Positions 54,764 to 63,774 of a DNA stretch of 64,000 nucleotides are shown here, piece after piece. Source of the DNA: Planctomycetota bacterium (lineage in GTDB: Bacteria > Planctomycetota > PLA2 > JAEUHO01); NCBI GenBank assembly GCA_965223505.1, contig CBDCWP010000004.1:1-64000 (forward strand), given 5' to 3'. The notes under the pieces are model-generated. The model made no database searches and was not told the origin of the DNA. It saw only the letters and a list, made by a program, of their open reading frames with translations. Numbering within the stretch: position 1 is the first letter of the stretch; every line of letters starts with the position of its first letter. The translations under genes were made by a program, and so were the position numbers.

Positions 54764-57055
54764 TCACTTGTTCCTCGGCGGCGTGTTCGCGCGGACCGCT
54801 TCGATGAGGACGTCGCCGGTGGTCTGCAGGCTCGCCCGCGATACCCGCTCCACGCGGTCCTCCGACGTGTGTCGGAATCGATTGCGACCGGCGCGTCGAA
54901 CGGGATCGGCGCCGCCGAAGTCGAAGTCGCACAGCAACGCCGCCGGGATGCCGGCGCGAAGAAACGGGATGTGGTCGTTGCGCACGGCGATCGGAATGCT
55001 GTGGGCGCGCGCTATCTCGAAGTAGCGTCCGTAGCCCAACCGTGCTCCGGCGTCGAGCAGCGATGCCGCCACCGACGTCGTGGAGCGTAGATCGTCGGTG
55101 AACTGCAGTCGCTCGTCGCCGACCATGTCGCAGACGACGACCGCGATCAGCCGGTCGACCTCGCCGGCGGCGACGACGTGCTCGACGAATGCGCGGCTGC
55201 CGTACAAGCCGTGGCGCGGACCCGAACGCCCCAGCGCCTCCTTGCCGTCGAAGAACGCGATCCGCACCGCCGGACGGGGCTTCATGGCCGCCAGGACACG
55301 CGCGCACTCGATCAGGACGGCGGCGCCAGAAGCGCCTTCGTTCGCGCCGGTGAAACCCGACACCCCCTCCAGCCGCTTCGTGTCGAGGTGCGTCGCGAGA
55401 AGAACGTATCGTTCGTCACGCTCGCCTGGCAACGAGGCGAGCGTGTTCTTCAGGACCCGTCCCCCGCCCGGCGTTTGCACTGCGACGTCCTCGATCTCCA
55501 CTGACCAACCCGCGGCCTCGAGCTGCGCGCGCACGTACCCGCGTGCGTTCTCCAGGGCCTCGCTGCCGAGGGGACGCGGACCCAGCTCGGCCAGGGCGAC
55601 GAGGTCCGCCATCGAACGATCGGCGTCGAACGGCGTTCGCGCAGCGGGCGCCGGTCGCGGCGAGAGCGGCGGCGGCGCTTCGGTCGGCGTCGTCGGCGTC
55701 ACCGCGGCGCCTCCGCTCAGGCCGAACAGGCGACGCACCGGTTCGAAGAGCAAGCTGACGATCCGCGGTCGCTCGGTCACGATCTCCGCGGAGAGCGTCA
55801 GCCCTGCGCGCAGTGCAAGCCCCTCCGGTGCGTCGCCTTGCACACGCTGTACGGCGAGGCGTCCGGTGAACACCGACGCGCCCGTCGTAGGGTCCTCCGT
55901 CGGTACCAGCGCGACACTCTCCAACCGTGCCTTCACGACGCCGAAGCGCTCGAACGGATACGCGTCGAGCTTGATCTTGCAGAGCGCGCCGGGTCGCAGA
56001 GCCGCGGCGTCGCGATTGGCGAACGTCGCGGTCGCCGCCACGTGGGGGGACGTGGAGATCGAAAATGCAGGCGTGTCCGCCTCGACCCGGTCGCCCGGAA
56101 CGATCGGCGCCGCGAAGTTGATCAACCCGCTCACCGGCGCATGCAGGACCAGCAGCTCGAGCACGCGCTCGCTCGCGTCGATCTCCGCCTCGAGCTTCTC
56201 GATGTCCGCGCGCGCCGTGTCGCGGGTGGCCCGCGTACGCGCGGCCGCGTCGCGCAGCGCGGCCTGCGCGGATTCCAGTCGGCTCTTCGCGGCGGCGACG
56301 CGTTCGTCGGCTTCGATGGTGATCACGTCGAGCGCCTGACGCGCCTCGCGCAACGCCGCTTTCGCACCCTCGACGAGTCCGCGCTGCGCGTCACGCTTGG
56401 CGATCGCCGCGTCGTGCGTCTCGCCGTCGATCAGCTTCTTCTTGTACAACGTCGTCGCGCGCTCGGCCGCCTTGTCGTCCCTACGAAGGGTGGCTTCGGC
56501 GGCGGTCAGCGCCGCCTGCTTGGCCTCGAGGCGTGCGCGCTCGAGCTCCACCCGGCGCGGAATGACCGTCTCGCGATGACGCAGCTCTCGCGTGTGCGCG
56601 TCGCGCGCTGCGCGCCAGTCTTCGATCGTCTCGGCGGCGGCGACGTCGGCGACGGCCTTCGCTTCGCCCGACGCCAGGAGGGCCGCCAGCGCGGTGACGG
56701 TCTCGTCGAGGGTCGTCCACTGCCGGTGCGCGCGACCGTGGTCCTTGCGCAGCCGCTCCAGACGCCCGCGTTCGGCTGCGTCTTCCAACCGCAGGAGCAG
56801 CTGTCCGGCTCGCACCTGCTCGCCTTCGGCCGCGTAGACCTCCGCGACGACGCCGGCGGTCGAGAGCCGTACGTCCGTGCGCTCGTCCACGGCGACGAGC
56901 AGCCCGCGGCCGACGACGACCCGATCGACGCGCACGACCGTCACGAACGTTCCGACCGCGCCCAGCAGGAGGAGCAACAGCCACAACAGCAGCCGACGCC
57001 CGCGCGCGCCGACCGCGGGCTTGGCGGGACGGGGCAGGATGGCGCCGCCGCTCAT
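54764..57055 (-). CDS. HlyD-family secretion adaptor fused to a C-terminal M28 (glutaminyl-cyclase-like) domain
   Basis: TM anchor, EGEQVRAGQLLLRL, coiled coil, LHAPVSG, LDAYPFERFG; Pro-rich linker; then THLDTK, GANEGASG, FFDGKE, GSR, DMVGD, NDHIPF, HTSED. Confidence 0.85.
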   Translation of the reverse strand: MSGGAILPRPAKPAVGARGRRLLLWLLLLLLGAVGTFVTVVRVDRVVVGRGLLVAVDERTDVRLSTAGVVAEVYAAEGEQVRAGQLLLRLEDAAERGRLERLRKDHGRAHRQWTTLDETVTALAALLASGEAKAVADVAAAETIEDWRAARDAHTRELRHRETVIPRRVELERARLEAKQAALTAAEATLRRDDKAAERATTLYKKKLIDGETHDAAIAKRDAQRGLVEGAKAALREARQALDVITIEADERVAAAKSRLESAQAALRDAAARTRATRDTARADIEKLEAEIDASERVLELLVLHAPVSGLINFAAPIVPGDRVEADTPAFSISTSPHVAATATFANRDAAALRPGALCKIKLDAYPFERFGVVKARLESVALVPTEDPTTGASVFTGRLAVQRVQGDAPEGLALRAGLTLSAEIVTERPRIVSLLFEPVRRLFGLSGGAAVTPTTPTEAPPPLSPRPAPAARTPFDADRSMADLVALAELGPRPLGSEALENARGYVRAQLEAAGWSVEIEDVAVQTPGGGRVLKNTLASLPGERDERYVLLATHLDTKRLEGVSGFTGANEGASGAAVLIECARVLAAMKPRPAVRIAFFDGKEALGRSGPRHGLYGSRAFVEHVVAAGEVDRLIAVVVCDMVGDERLQFTDDLRSTTSVAASLLDAGARLGYGRYFEIARAHSIPIAVRNDHIPFLRAGIPAALLCDFDFGGADPVRRAGRNRFRHTSEDRVERVSRASLQTTGDVLIEAVRANTPPRNK

Positions 57056-60000
57056 CCCACCTGCTCCGCGTGGAACATGGCATACAAGCCGCCTTGCTCG
57101 AGGAGGGCGGCGTGGGTGCCTTGCTCGGCGACGCGGCCCCGTTCGAGCACCACGATGCGATCCGCCCGCCGCGCGTACCCGAGGCGGTGCGCGAGGAACA
57201 CCACGGTGCGGTCGCGGCTGGTCTCGTCCAACGCGTTCAAGAGCGCGGCCTCGCTTTCCATGTCGAGCGAGCTCGTCGGCTCGTCGAGCAGCAGGAGTCT
57301 CGGCTGCCCCACGAGCGCGCGCGCGATCGCGAGACGTTGGAGCTCACCGCCGGAGAACCGTGCCGTGCTCCGCTCGCCGACGAGCGTACCGTAACCCTGC
57401 GGGCGATTGATGATCTGGTCGTGGATCCCCGCAGCCTGCGCAGCGGCGATGATGTCCGCTGCTGCGAGCTCGCGGCCGACCGCGATGTTCTCCATGATCG
57501 TTCCGGAAAGCAGCTCGATCTTCTGCGGAACGAATCCGACCTGGCGGCGCAGCGATCGCGCCGAGACGTTGCGCAGGTCGTGACGATCGACGTAGACCGA
57601 ACCCTTCTCGGGTTGAAAGAGCTTCAGCAGCAGATGAACGAATGTGGTCTTGCCCGCGCCGCTGCGTCCGACGATCGCGACGCGTTCGCCGGGCAGGACC
57701 TCGAGCGAGAGATCTTCGAAGACCGGCGGTAGGTCCCGTTCGTAGCGAAACGTGACATTCTCCAGGCGAATGTGGCCTTCCACGGAGCCGATGTCGAGCA
57801 ACGACTCCGTCTGCGGTTCCTCCGGCGAAGCGTCGAACACCTGGCTGAGCCGCTCGAGCGAGACCGCCGTCTCCTGAAAGCTCTCCCAGATCCCCAGCAA
57901 GCGCGTCGCGGGCGCGAGCACCTGGGCTAGCACGGCCGAGAAAGCGACGTACGCACCGACGCTGAGCGAACCGTCGATCACGAACCGTGCGCCGAAGTAG
58001 ATGACCGCGGCTTGGCCGCACGCGCCAATGAACGTGCCGAGCGTCTGCGACAACGTCACGAGGCGCACCCCGCGCAGCTCCGAGGCGAGCATCCGGTGGA
58101 AGAGACGCTCGTATCGGCGCCGTTCCGCATGTTCCGCGTTCGCGCCCTTGACCGTGACGACCGACGAGAGCGAGTCGACGAGGGCGGACTGGGTCTCGCC
58201 CTGGCGGGTCACCTGCTCTCGGCGGATGCGACGCAGGCGCGGTGTGATGAACCACGTGAGCAGTGCCAACAGCGGAATCGGAAACAGTCCGATGATTGCG
58301 AGCTCGACGTCGTAGCACAGGAGCACGATCAGGTACACGGCCCCCAACGCGACGTCCAGGATGGCGCCCGTCGCGACGGTCGTGAGGAAGTGACGGACCT
58401 TCTCGTTGTCCGCGAACCGCACGAGCAGGTCGCCGACCTTGCGCGACGCGAAGAACTGCAGCGGCAGGCGAAAGAGCTTGTGGTGGAAATCGCTCACCAG
58501 CGCCAGGTCGGCCGCACGCACGACGTCGTAGAGCAGCAGCGTGCGCAGCGCGCCGATCAGCGCGGAGAAGAGCGCGGCGCCGATCATCGCGGCCAACAAC
58601 GCGATCAGGATCGACACCTCGCCGTGGACGAACACCCGATCGATGACGGTCTGTGTCGTGAAGGGGATGACGAGACCAAGCAGCTGCAATGTGAAGGCGG
58701 CCAGCAGCACCTGGAAGATGACGCCGCGGTGGGGCCGCAGGTAGGGCAGAAAGCGCGAGAGCCCCTTCGGTCGTCCGCCCGCGTCTTCGGGCGGCGCGGA
58801 GGTGGGCCGCAACAACAGCAAGGTGCCGTCCCACCCTTCCATGAACGCCTTGAGCGGTATGCGCTTGAGCCCCTGCATCGGGTCTGCCACGACGACACGT
58901 CGTCGCGAGACGGCGTACAAGACGACGAAATGATTGCCGCCGACGTGCGCGATGGCGGGCAGCCGCACGTTGCGCAGGTCGTCCGCCCCTTCGACGCCGA
59001 CGCCGCGGGCGAGGAAGCCGATGTCCTCGGCGGCTTCGGCCAGCGACAGGAGGGAACAGCCTTGCTGCGAGACGCACGCGAGCTCGCGCAGCCGCCCGTG
59101 CAACGCCGGCCGTCCGTAGAAGTCCGCGATCATGCCCAGGCAGGCCGGACCGCAGTCGGTCGCGTCCGGTTGGAGCCGCAAGGGGTACCTGTGCAACGCC
59201 CGTCGCAGTGCGCGTCCGACGAGCGTGCCCGGCGGTTCCAGCAGACGGGGATCGAGCGCCTCTTCGAGCTCCTCCTCGACGGTTTCATGCGACGCGCTGC
59301 GTGTCGGCGTGCGGCGTCCGCGGTGCGACAGGGCGGCCACGAGGGTCGCGAAGAACGGCCGCAGGGCCCGCGCCTCTTCGTCGGACGCGGCAAGCACGAG
59401 CCGCCGCCCCGGCGACAGCGCCACGATGTCGGCCGGCTCCGGCGTGTCGAGCGCCATGCCGGCTTCGCCGAAGGTGTCGCCGCTCACCAGCATGCGCGGC
59501 GAGTCGTGCGCGTCCCCGGCCTCGCGGCGAGCGCGTCCTTCGACAAGGAGCGAGAAGCCGTCGGCGCGCTCGCCCTGGCGGGCCAACACGTCGCCGGCGG
59601 CGAACGCCTGGGGTGCGAGCGCGAGGACGACGTTGCGGACGATCTCGGCGTCGACGGACGTCGCGTCGAGATCGTCCAAGAAGGCACGCAGCGCCGGCTC
59701 CCCGAGCGCGGCCGTCAACGGTCGAAGCGACGGGTCGTTGTCGAGCACGCTTCGATCGAGGCGCAACACGGTCATCGCCGTCTCGACGTGCACGGCATCG
59801 CCGCCCGGCGCCTCGCCGAAGAGCTGTCCCCGGAACGCGACGCCGCCTTGTCCGACGGGCGCGTCGCCGCCCTCGGATCTCCCCATCCCGTCGAGCACGA
59901 GTAGGGCGCCCTTGGACGGCGGGATCACGGCGCCGCGTTTGAAGCGTGCGCGCTCGCCGTGCGCCGCGAGTTCCGTGCAGGCGTTGCGTCCGAGCACCCG

Positions 60001-60060
60001 CAGCACGGCGTCGGCGAGTAGCAACCGGGCTGTTCGCCGGAGTTCGGGGTCGTCCTGCAC
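57052..60060 (-). CDS. Peptidase-containing ABC transporter (cNMP-like + C39 + TMD + NBD)
   Basis: C39 QPDATDCGPACL...HFVV...DP; Walker A GRSGAGKT, FSGGELQR, LLLDE, AHR. N-terminal cNMP-like motifs (RQGERADGF, GDTFGE). Confidence 0.93.
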   Translation of the reverse strand: MQDDPELRRTARLLLADAVLRVLGRNACTELAAHGERARFKRGAVIPPSKGALLVLDGMGRSEGGDAPVGQGGVAFRGQLFGEAPGGDAVHVETAMTVLRLDRSVLDNDPSLRPLTAALGEPALRAFLDDLDATSVDAEIVRNVVLALAPQAFAAGDVLARQGERADGFSLLVEGRARREAGDAHDSPRMLVSGDTFGEAGMALDTPEPADIVALSPGRRLVLAASDEEARALRPFFATLVAALSHRGRRTPTRSASHETVEEELEEALDPRLLEPPGTLVGRALRRALHRYPLRLQPDATDCGPACLGMIADFYGRPALHGRLRELACVSQQGCSLLSLAEAAEDIGFLARGVGVEGADDLRNVRLPAIAHVGGNHFVVLYAVSRRRVVVADPMQGLKRIPLKAFMEGWDGTLLLLRPTSAPPEDAGGRPKGLSRFLPYLRPHRGVIFQVLLAAFTLQLLGLVIPFTTQTVIDRVFVHGEVSILIALLAAMIGAALFSALIGALRTLLLYDVVRAADLALVSDFHHKLFRLPLQFFASRKVGDLLVRFADNEKVRHFLTTVATGAILDVALGAVYLIVLLCYDVELAIIGLFPIPLLALLTWFITPRLRRIRREQVTRQGETQSALVDSLSSVVTVKGANAEHAERRRYERLFHRMLASELRGVRLVTLSQTLGTFIGACGQAAVIYFGARFVIDGSLSVGAYVAFSAVLAQVLAPATRLLGIWESFQETAVSLERLSQVFDASPEEPQTESLLDIGSVEGHIRLENVTFRYERDLPPVFEDLSLEVLPGERVAIVGRSGAGKTTFVHLLLKLFQPEKGSVYVDRHDLRNVSARSLRRQVGFVPQKIELLSGTIMENIAVGRELAAADIIAAAQAAGIHDQIINRPQGYGTLVGERSTARFSGGELQRLAIARALVGQPRLLLLDEPTSSLDMESEAALLNALDETSRDRTVVFLAHRLGYARRADRIVVLERGRVAEQGTHAALLEQGGLYAMFHAEQVG

Positions 60061-60152
60061 GCGCCGGATTCTACGGGAACGCGTCGTGGGATCGGGCGGC
60101 CTGGCAAACCCGGCCGTCTGTCAAATGCCGAACACGCCGAGCGATCCGACCG

Positions 60153-61502
60153 CTACTCGCCCGCTTCGTCGGCTTCGGCCAACCCGTATCGAAGCAGCTT
60201 GCGGTACAGCGTCTTGCGATCGACGCCCAGGATCGCCGCCGCGCGCCGGCGAACACCGCCGACGCTCTTCAGCACCGACAAGATGTGCGCGCGCTCGACC
60301 GCTTCCAGCGTCTGCAGCGAACCCGGCGCCGCGTCCGACTTGCGCTCGTTCCCGTGGCGAATGACCGAAGGCAGCTCGTCCACGTCGATGCGCGGACCGC
60401 GCGCGAGCGCCACGGCGCGCTCGATCACGTGCGCCAGCTCCCGGACGTTGCCGGGCCACGGATACGAGTGCAGCGCGGCGAGGGCGTTGTCCGTGATCTT
60501 CGCCGCCTTGCCGGCCGTGGCGAATCGGCGTAGGAAGTGGCCGACGAGCAACGGAATGTCCTCGACGCGATCGCGCAACGGCGGAACGCGGATCGTCACC
60601 GCGTTCAAGCGATACAGGAGATCCTCGCGGAAGCTCCCGTCCCGAACGGCCGTATCGAGGTCGCAGTTCGTGGCCGCGAGCACACGCACGTCCACGTGGC
60701 GCACCGACGACGACCCCACGCGCCGCACCTCGTTGGACTCGAGCACGCGCAGCAGCTTCGCCTGCACGGCTAGGGGCATGTCCCCGATCTCGTCGAGCAG
60801 GATCGTGCCCTTGTCCGCGGCTTCGAAGAGACCGGGACGGTCCGCGTTCGCGCCGGTGAACGCGCCGCGCACGTGGCCGAACAGTTCGCTCTCCAGCAGT
60901 CCCTCCGGCAACGAGGGACAGTTCACGGCGACGTACGGACCGCTCGAGCGCGGGCCCGCGTCGTGGATCGCGCGCGCAACCAGTTCCTTGCCGGTGCCGG
61001 TCTCGCCTTGCACGAGCACGGACACCGTCAGGGGTGCGACGCGCGCGATCGACTTGAACACCCGCGTCATGGCCTCCGAGCGGCCGACCATCGCGCGCTT
61101 CGCTTCGCCGCGCTCCATCGACGCCTCGCCCGCCTCGCCGCGCGCCTCGGCGGCGCGCTTCACCATGCGGCAGATCTCGTCCATGGAGAACGGCTTGCTC
61201 ATGTAGTCGAACGCGCCGGCGTGAATCGCCTCGACGGCCGTCTCCAGCGACCCGAACGCGGTGACGACGATCGCTTGCAGCTTCGGATCCCGCTCGCGCA
61301 GCGTGCGCATGAGCTCGATGCCGTCCATGCCCTCGAGCCTTACGTCCGTGACGACGACGTCCACCGTCTCGCCGTTCATCGCCTCCAACGCGGACTCCGC
61401 GCTGTCGGCCGCGCTCACGTCGTAGCCTTCGCCTCGCAGGACCTCGACGAGGAGGTTGCGCGCAACCGCGTCGTCTTCCACGATCAACACGCTCGTGCCC
61501 AT
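60153..61502 (-). CDS. Sigma-54-dependent response regulator (NtrC/AtoC family)
   Basis: Receiver VEDD...TDV; GETGTGKE, ESELFGH, GAFTGA, WPGNVREL, Fis-type HTH. Confidence 0.96.
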   Translation of the reverse strand: MGTSVLIVEDDAVARNLLVEVLRGEGYDVSAADSAESALEAMNGETVDVVVTDVRLEGMDGIELMRTLRERDPKLQAIVVTAFGSLETAVEAIHAGAFDYMSKPFSMDEICRMVKRAAEARGEAGEASMERGEAKRAMVGRSEAMTRVFKSIARVAPLTVSVLVQGETGTGKELVARAIHDAGPRSSGPYVAVNCPSLPEGLLESELFGHVRGAFTGANADRPGLFEAADKGTILLDEIGDMPLAVQAKLLRVLESNEVRRVGSSSVRHVDVRVLAATNCDLDTAVRDGSFREDLLYRLNAVTIRVPPLRDRVEDIPLLVGHFLRRFATAGKAAKITDNALAALHSYPWPGNVRELAHVIERAVALARGPRIDVDELPSVIRHGNERKSDAAPGSLQTLEAVERAHILSVLKSVGGVRRRAAAILGVDRKTLYRKLLRYGLAEADEAGE

Positions 61503-61503
61503 C

Positions 61504-62307
61504 TCAGCGCTCCTCGCCCAGCGGCTCGATGGTGAGCGTGACCACGGTGCCGATGCCCGGCTTGGAGTCCAGAAGGATGTCGCCACCGTGCGCCTTCGCG
61601 ATCTCCCGGCAGATGGCGAGACCGAGGCCGGATCCGCGGCCCGCCCCCTTGGTCGAGAAGAAGGGCTCGAAGACGTGGTCCATGTGCCGCGACGAGACCC
61701 CGTGCCCGGAGTCGCAGACGGAGATGGCGCGGCCGGCGCCGGTGGCGTCGGTTCGAATGACGAGCGTGCCGCCCTTGGGCATCGCGTCGATCGCGTTTTG
61801 AACGAGATTGAGGAAGACCTGTTCGAGCTGATCGCGGTCGCACGCGATCGGCGCTTCCGACCCGGCGCCGATGTCGAGTTCGAGTTGAATCTCGTTCTTG
61901 GTCAGCAGAGGTTCGAGAACGTCGAGGACGTGCACGAGCAGGGCGTGAATGTCGGTCGGCGTCGGCTCGGGCTCGGGGCCTCGCAGTCGGCGCAGGTAGC
62001 GCCGAATGAGCAGCGAGAGGCGAGAGACCTGGTCCGCGATGATCTCGGTGCGGCGGCGCGCGTCGTCCGGAAGCGCCGGGTCCGCGAGCATGAGGTCGAG
62101 ATGTCCGGAGATGGAGTGCAGAGGCGTGCCGAGCTCGTGCGCGAGACGGCCGACCAACGCGCCGAGTGCGGCGACCCGCTGCGCTTGCGCGAGCTTGCGC
62201 TGCATGTCGAGCAGGGTCGGCGACGTCGCGTCCTGCGTGGGCTCGGACGGCGGCGTCTGCGTGGCGCGCTCTTCGCTCTGACGCGCATCCGCGTTCATAC
62301 GTGACAC
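61504..62307 (-). CDS. Histidine kinase with only HisKA and HATPase domains
   Basis: AHELGTPL, QVFLNLVQNAIDA, DSGHG, FEPFFSTK, GSGLGL. Alternative ATG at 62298. Confidence 0.92.
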   Translation of the reverse strand: MSRMNADARQSEERATQTPPSEPTQDATSPTLLDMQRKLAQAQRVAALGALVGRLAHELGTPLHSISGHLDLMLADPALPDDARRRTEIIADQVSRLSLLIRRYLRRLRGPEPEPTPTDIHALLVHVLDVLEPLLTKNEIQLELDIGAGSEAPIACDRDQLEQVFLNLVQNAIDAMPKGGTLVIRTDATGAGRAISVCDSGHGVSSRHMDHVFEPFFSTKGAGRGSGLGLAICREIAKAHGGDILLDSKPGIGTVVTLTIEPLGEER

Positions 62308-62392
62308 TCCGCGCGTGGTGCGCGTTCACATGATACGCGGGGAGCCGGTCGACCGCAGTCCGCGGAGGTCATGCGGTCGACCGTCGTCGGCG

Positions 62393-63160
62393 CTACTTGT
62401 CGGCGTCCTTGAAGAGCGCGCTCAGCTTCTTCTTGTTGGCCTTGTACGCTTCCACCCACTCCTTCCCGCCGGGGAAGGTCTGGCCGGTGAGCCCGTTGGC
62501 GGACGCGACGAGCGCTCCGCCGAGCGCCTTCCAGGGTGCGCCTCCGGATCCGCCCTTGGGATTGCGCCCCGCGGACTCGGCGGCCGCGTACAGCCGGCTC
62601 ATCGTGTCGAGAAGCTCATTGAGAACGTCGGCGCGCTTCTTCGACGCGCCGTAGCGCCCGAGTGCCACGATCGCTTCTTTGGCCGCGGCGGGGGCCTTGG
62701 CCTTCTGCATGAGCTTGACCAGGACGGGAATCGCCGAATCCGGCGCCAGGGCCGCGGTCGCCCGCAGGGCTTCGAGCTGAAGCGGGCTCGCATCCTTGTC
62801 CTTGGGTTGGGGGAAGGCCTTGACGAGCTCGGCGTAGGCGCCCTTGGGGTCGTCGAGACGACCCAGCGCTTCGGCGGCCGCGGTGGCGGCGTTGCCGGCC
62901 TTGGCGTCCTTCAGGACCTTGCCGAGCGCGGCGCGGAGCTTCTTCTTCAGCGGCGCCTTCTCGAGGCCGTTGTGGACGTCGGGCACGCGCCGGACCGCGT
63001 CTTCGAGGCCGGTGCGTTCCTTGTCCTTGCGCGCCTTGTCGATCTCGGCAAGCAGCGCCTTGACGGCTGTCTCGCTGTCGTCGGCCGCGCGTGCGAGCTC
63101 GTTGCCGCCACAAAGCAGCAGTCCAGCGGCGAAGCCACAGAGAATGAGACGTTGGATCAT
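62393..63160 (-). CDS. Secreted HEAT-repeat-like protein
   Basis: Signal peptide MIQRLILCGFAAGLLL; helical repeats; LTGQTF...WVEAY terminal motif. Confidence 0.7.
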   Translation of the reverse strand: MIQRLILCGFAAGLLLCGGNELARAADDSETAVKALLAEIDKARKDKERTGLEDAVRRVPDVHNGLEKAPLKKKLRAALGKVLKDAKAGNAATAAAEALGRLDDPKGAYAELVKAFPQPKDKDASPLQLEALRATAALAPDSAIPVLVKLMQKAKAPAAAKEAIVALGRYGASKKRADVLNELLDTMSRLYAAAESAGRNPKGGSGGAPWKALGGALVASANGLTGQTFPGGKEWVEAYKANKKKLSALFKDADK

Positions 63161-63259
63161 GGGTCGAAAACTCCGAAGATCGCCGCTGCCAAGCACGCAG
63201 CGGGCCAACTGCGGCGAGGTGCCGAATTCCGCCTCCGAGGCGCCCCCGACCGACCCGGC

Positions 63260-63295
63260 GGGGCATTTTGCCCCTCGCGTGGGGCAGTTGGCCCC
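63260..63295. promoter_or_regulatory. Tandem palindromic enhancer-like sites
   Basis: GGGGCA-TTT-TGCCCC (63260-63274) and GGGGCA-GTT-GGCCCC (63281-63295), centres 21 bp apart. Confidence 0.7.
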
Positions 63296-63370
63296 AGCGC
63301 CGCGCCCGATGTGCGCGTCCGCGGGCGTCTTCTTCCGGCGCAGCGAGGCCGGCGCGGACCTCGCGTCGCG

Positions 63371-63385
63371 TGGCACGCACGTTGC
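63371..63385 (+). promoter_or_regulatory. Sigma-54 (-24/-12) promoter
   Basis: TGGCAC-GCACG-TTGC, an exact TGGCAC-N5-TTGC match. Confidence 0.85.
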
Positions 63386-63420
63386 GAAGCGGTGGATCGA
63401 TCCTTTCACAGGAGGTTCCC

Positions 63421-63627
63421 ATGTTCGACATGAGCAGTAGCACCGACGACAGCACCGAATGTTCGGTCTGCGGCGAGCTCGTTCCCCACAGCCACACCGT
63501 CCTGCGATCCGGCATCGGCCGCATGTGCTGGTTCTGCCACACGGACGAAAGCATGGATCCCGACGTCCTCGACGGCGAGGACTTCGACGACTACGACGAC
63601 TACGACGATTGGGAAGACTGGGCCTGA
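63421..63627 (+). CDS. Small (68 aa) CxxC/CxxC protein with very acidic aromatic tail
   Basis: CAGGAGG RBS; CSVC...CWFC; tail DFDDYDDYDDWEDWA. Confidence 0.75.
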   Translation: MFDMSSSTDDSTECSVCGELVPHSHTVLRSGIGRMCWFCHTDESMDPDVLDGEDFDDYDDYDDWEDWA

Positions 63628-63738
63628 CGCCCGGCGACCCGTCGTTGCTCCCTCTGTTTCGTTCTTTTTGTTTCTCTCTCTCCAACTTCCCTCCCCCTCC
63701 AAACGAGAACGCCTCATAACGAAGAAAGCGAAGGCACG

Positions 63739-63774
63739 AACGCACCCCGTCTCTCGGCGGGGTGCGTTTTTCTT
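63739..63774 (+). terminator. Intrinsic terminator
   Basis: AACGCACCCCG...CGGGGTGCGTT stem followed by a T-rich run. Confidence 0.75.

Noticed and set aside
45848..60152. Peptide cluster as a defined mobile element
   Set aside because: No transposase, integrase or convincing terminal repeats were found. Horizontal origin is only an unquantified impression from codon style.
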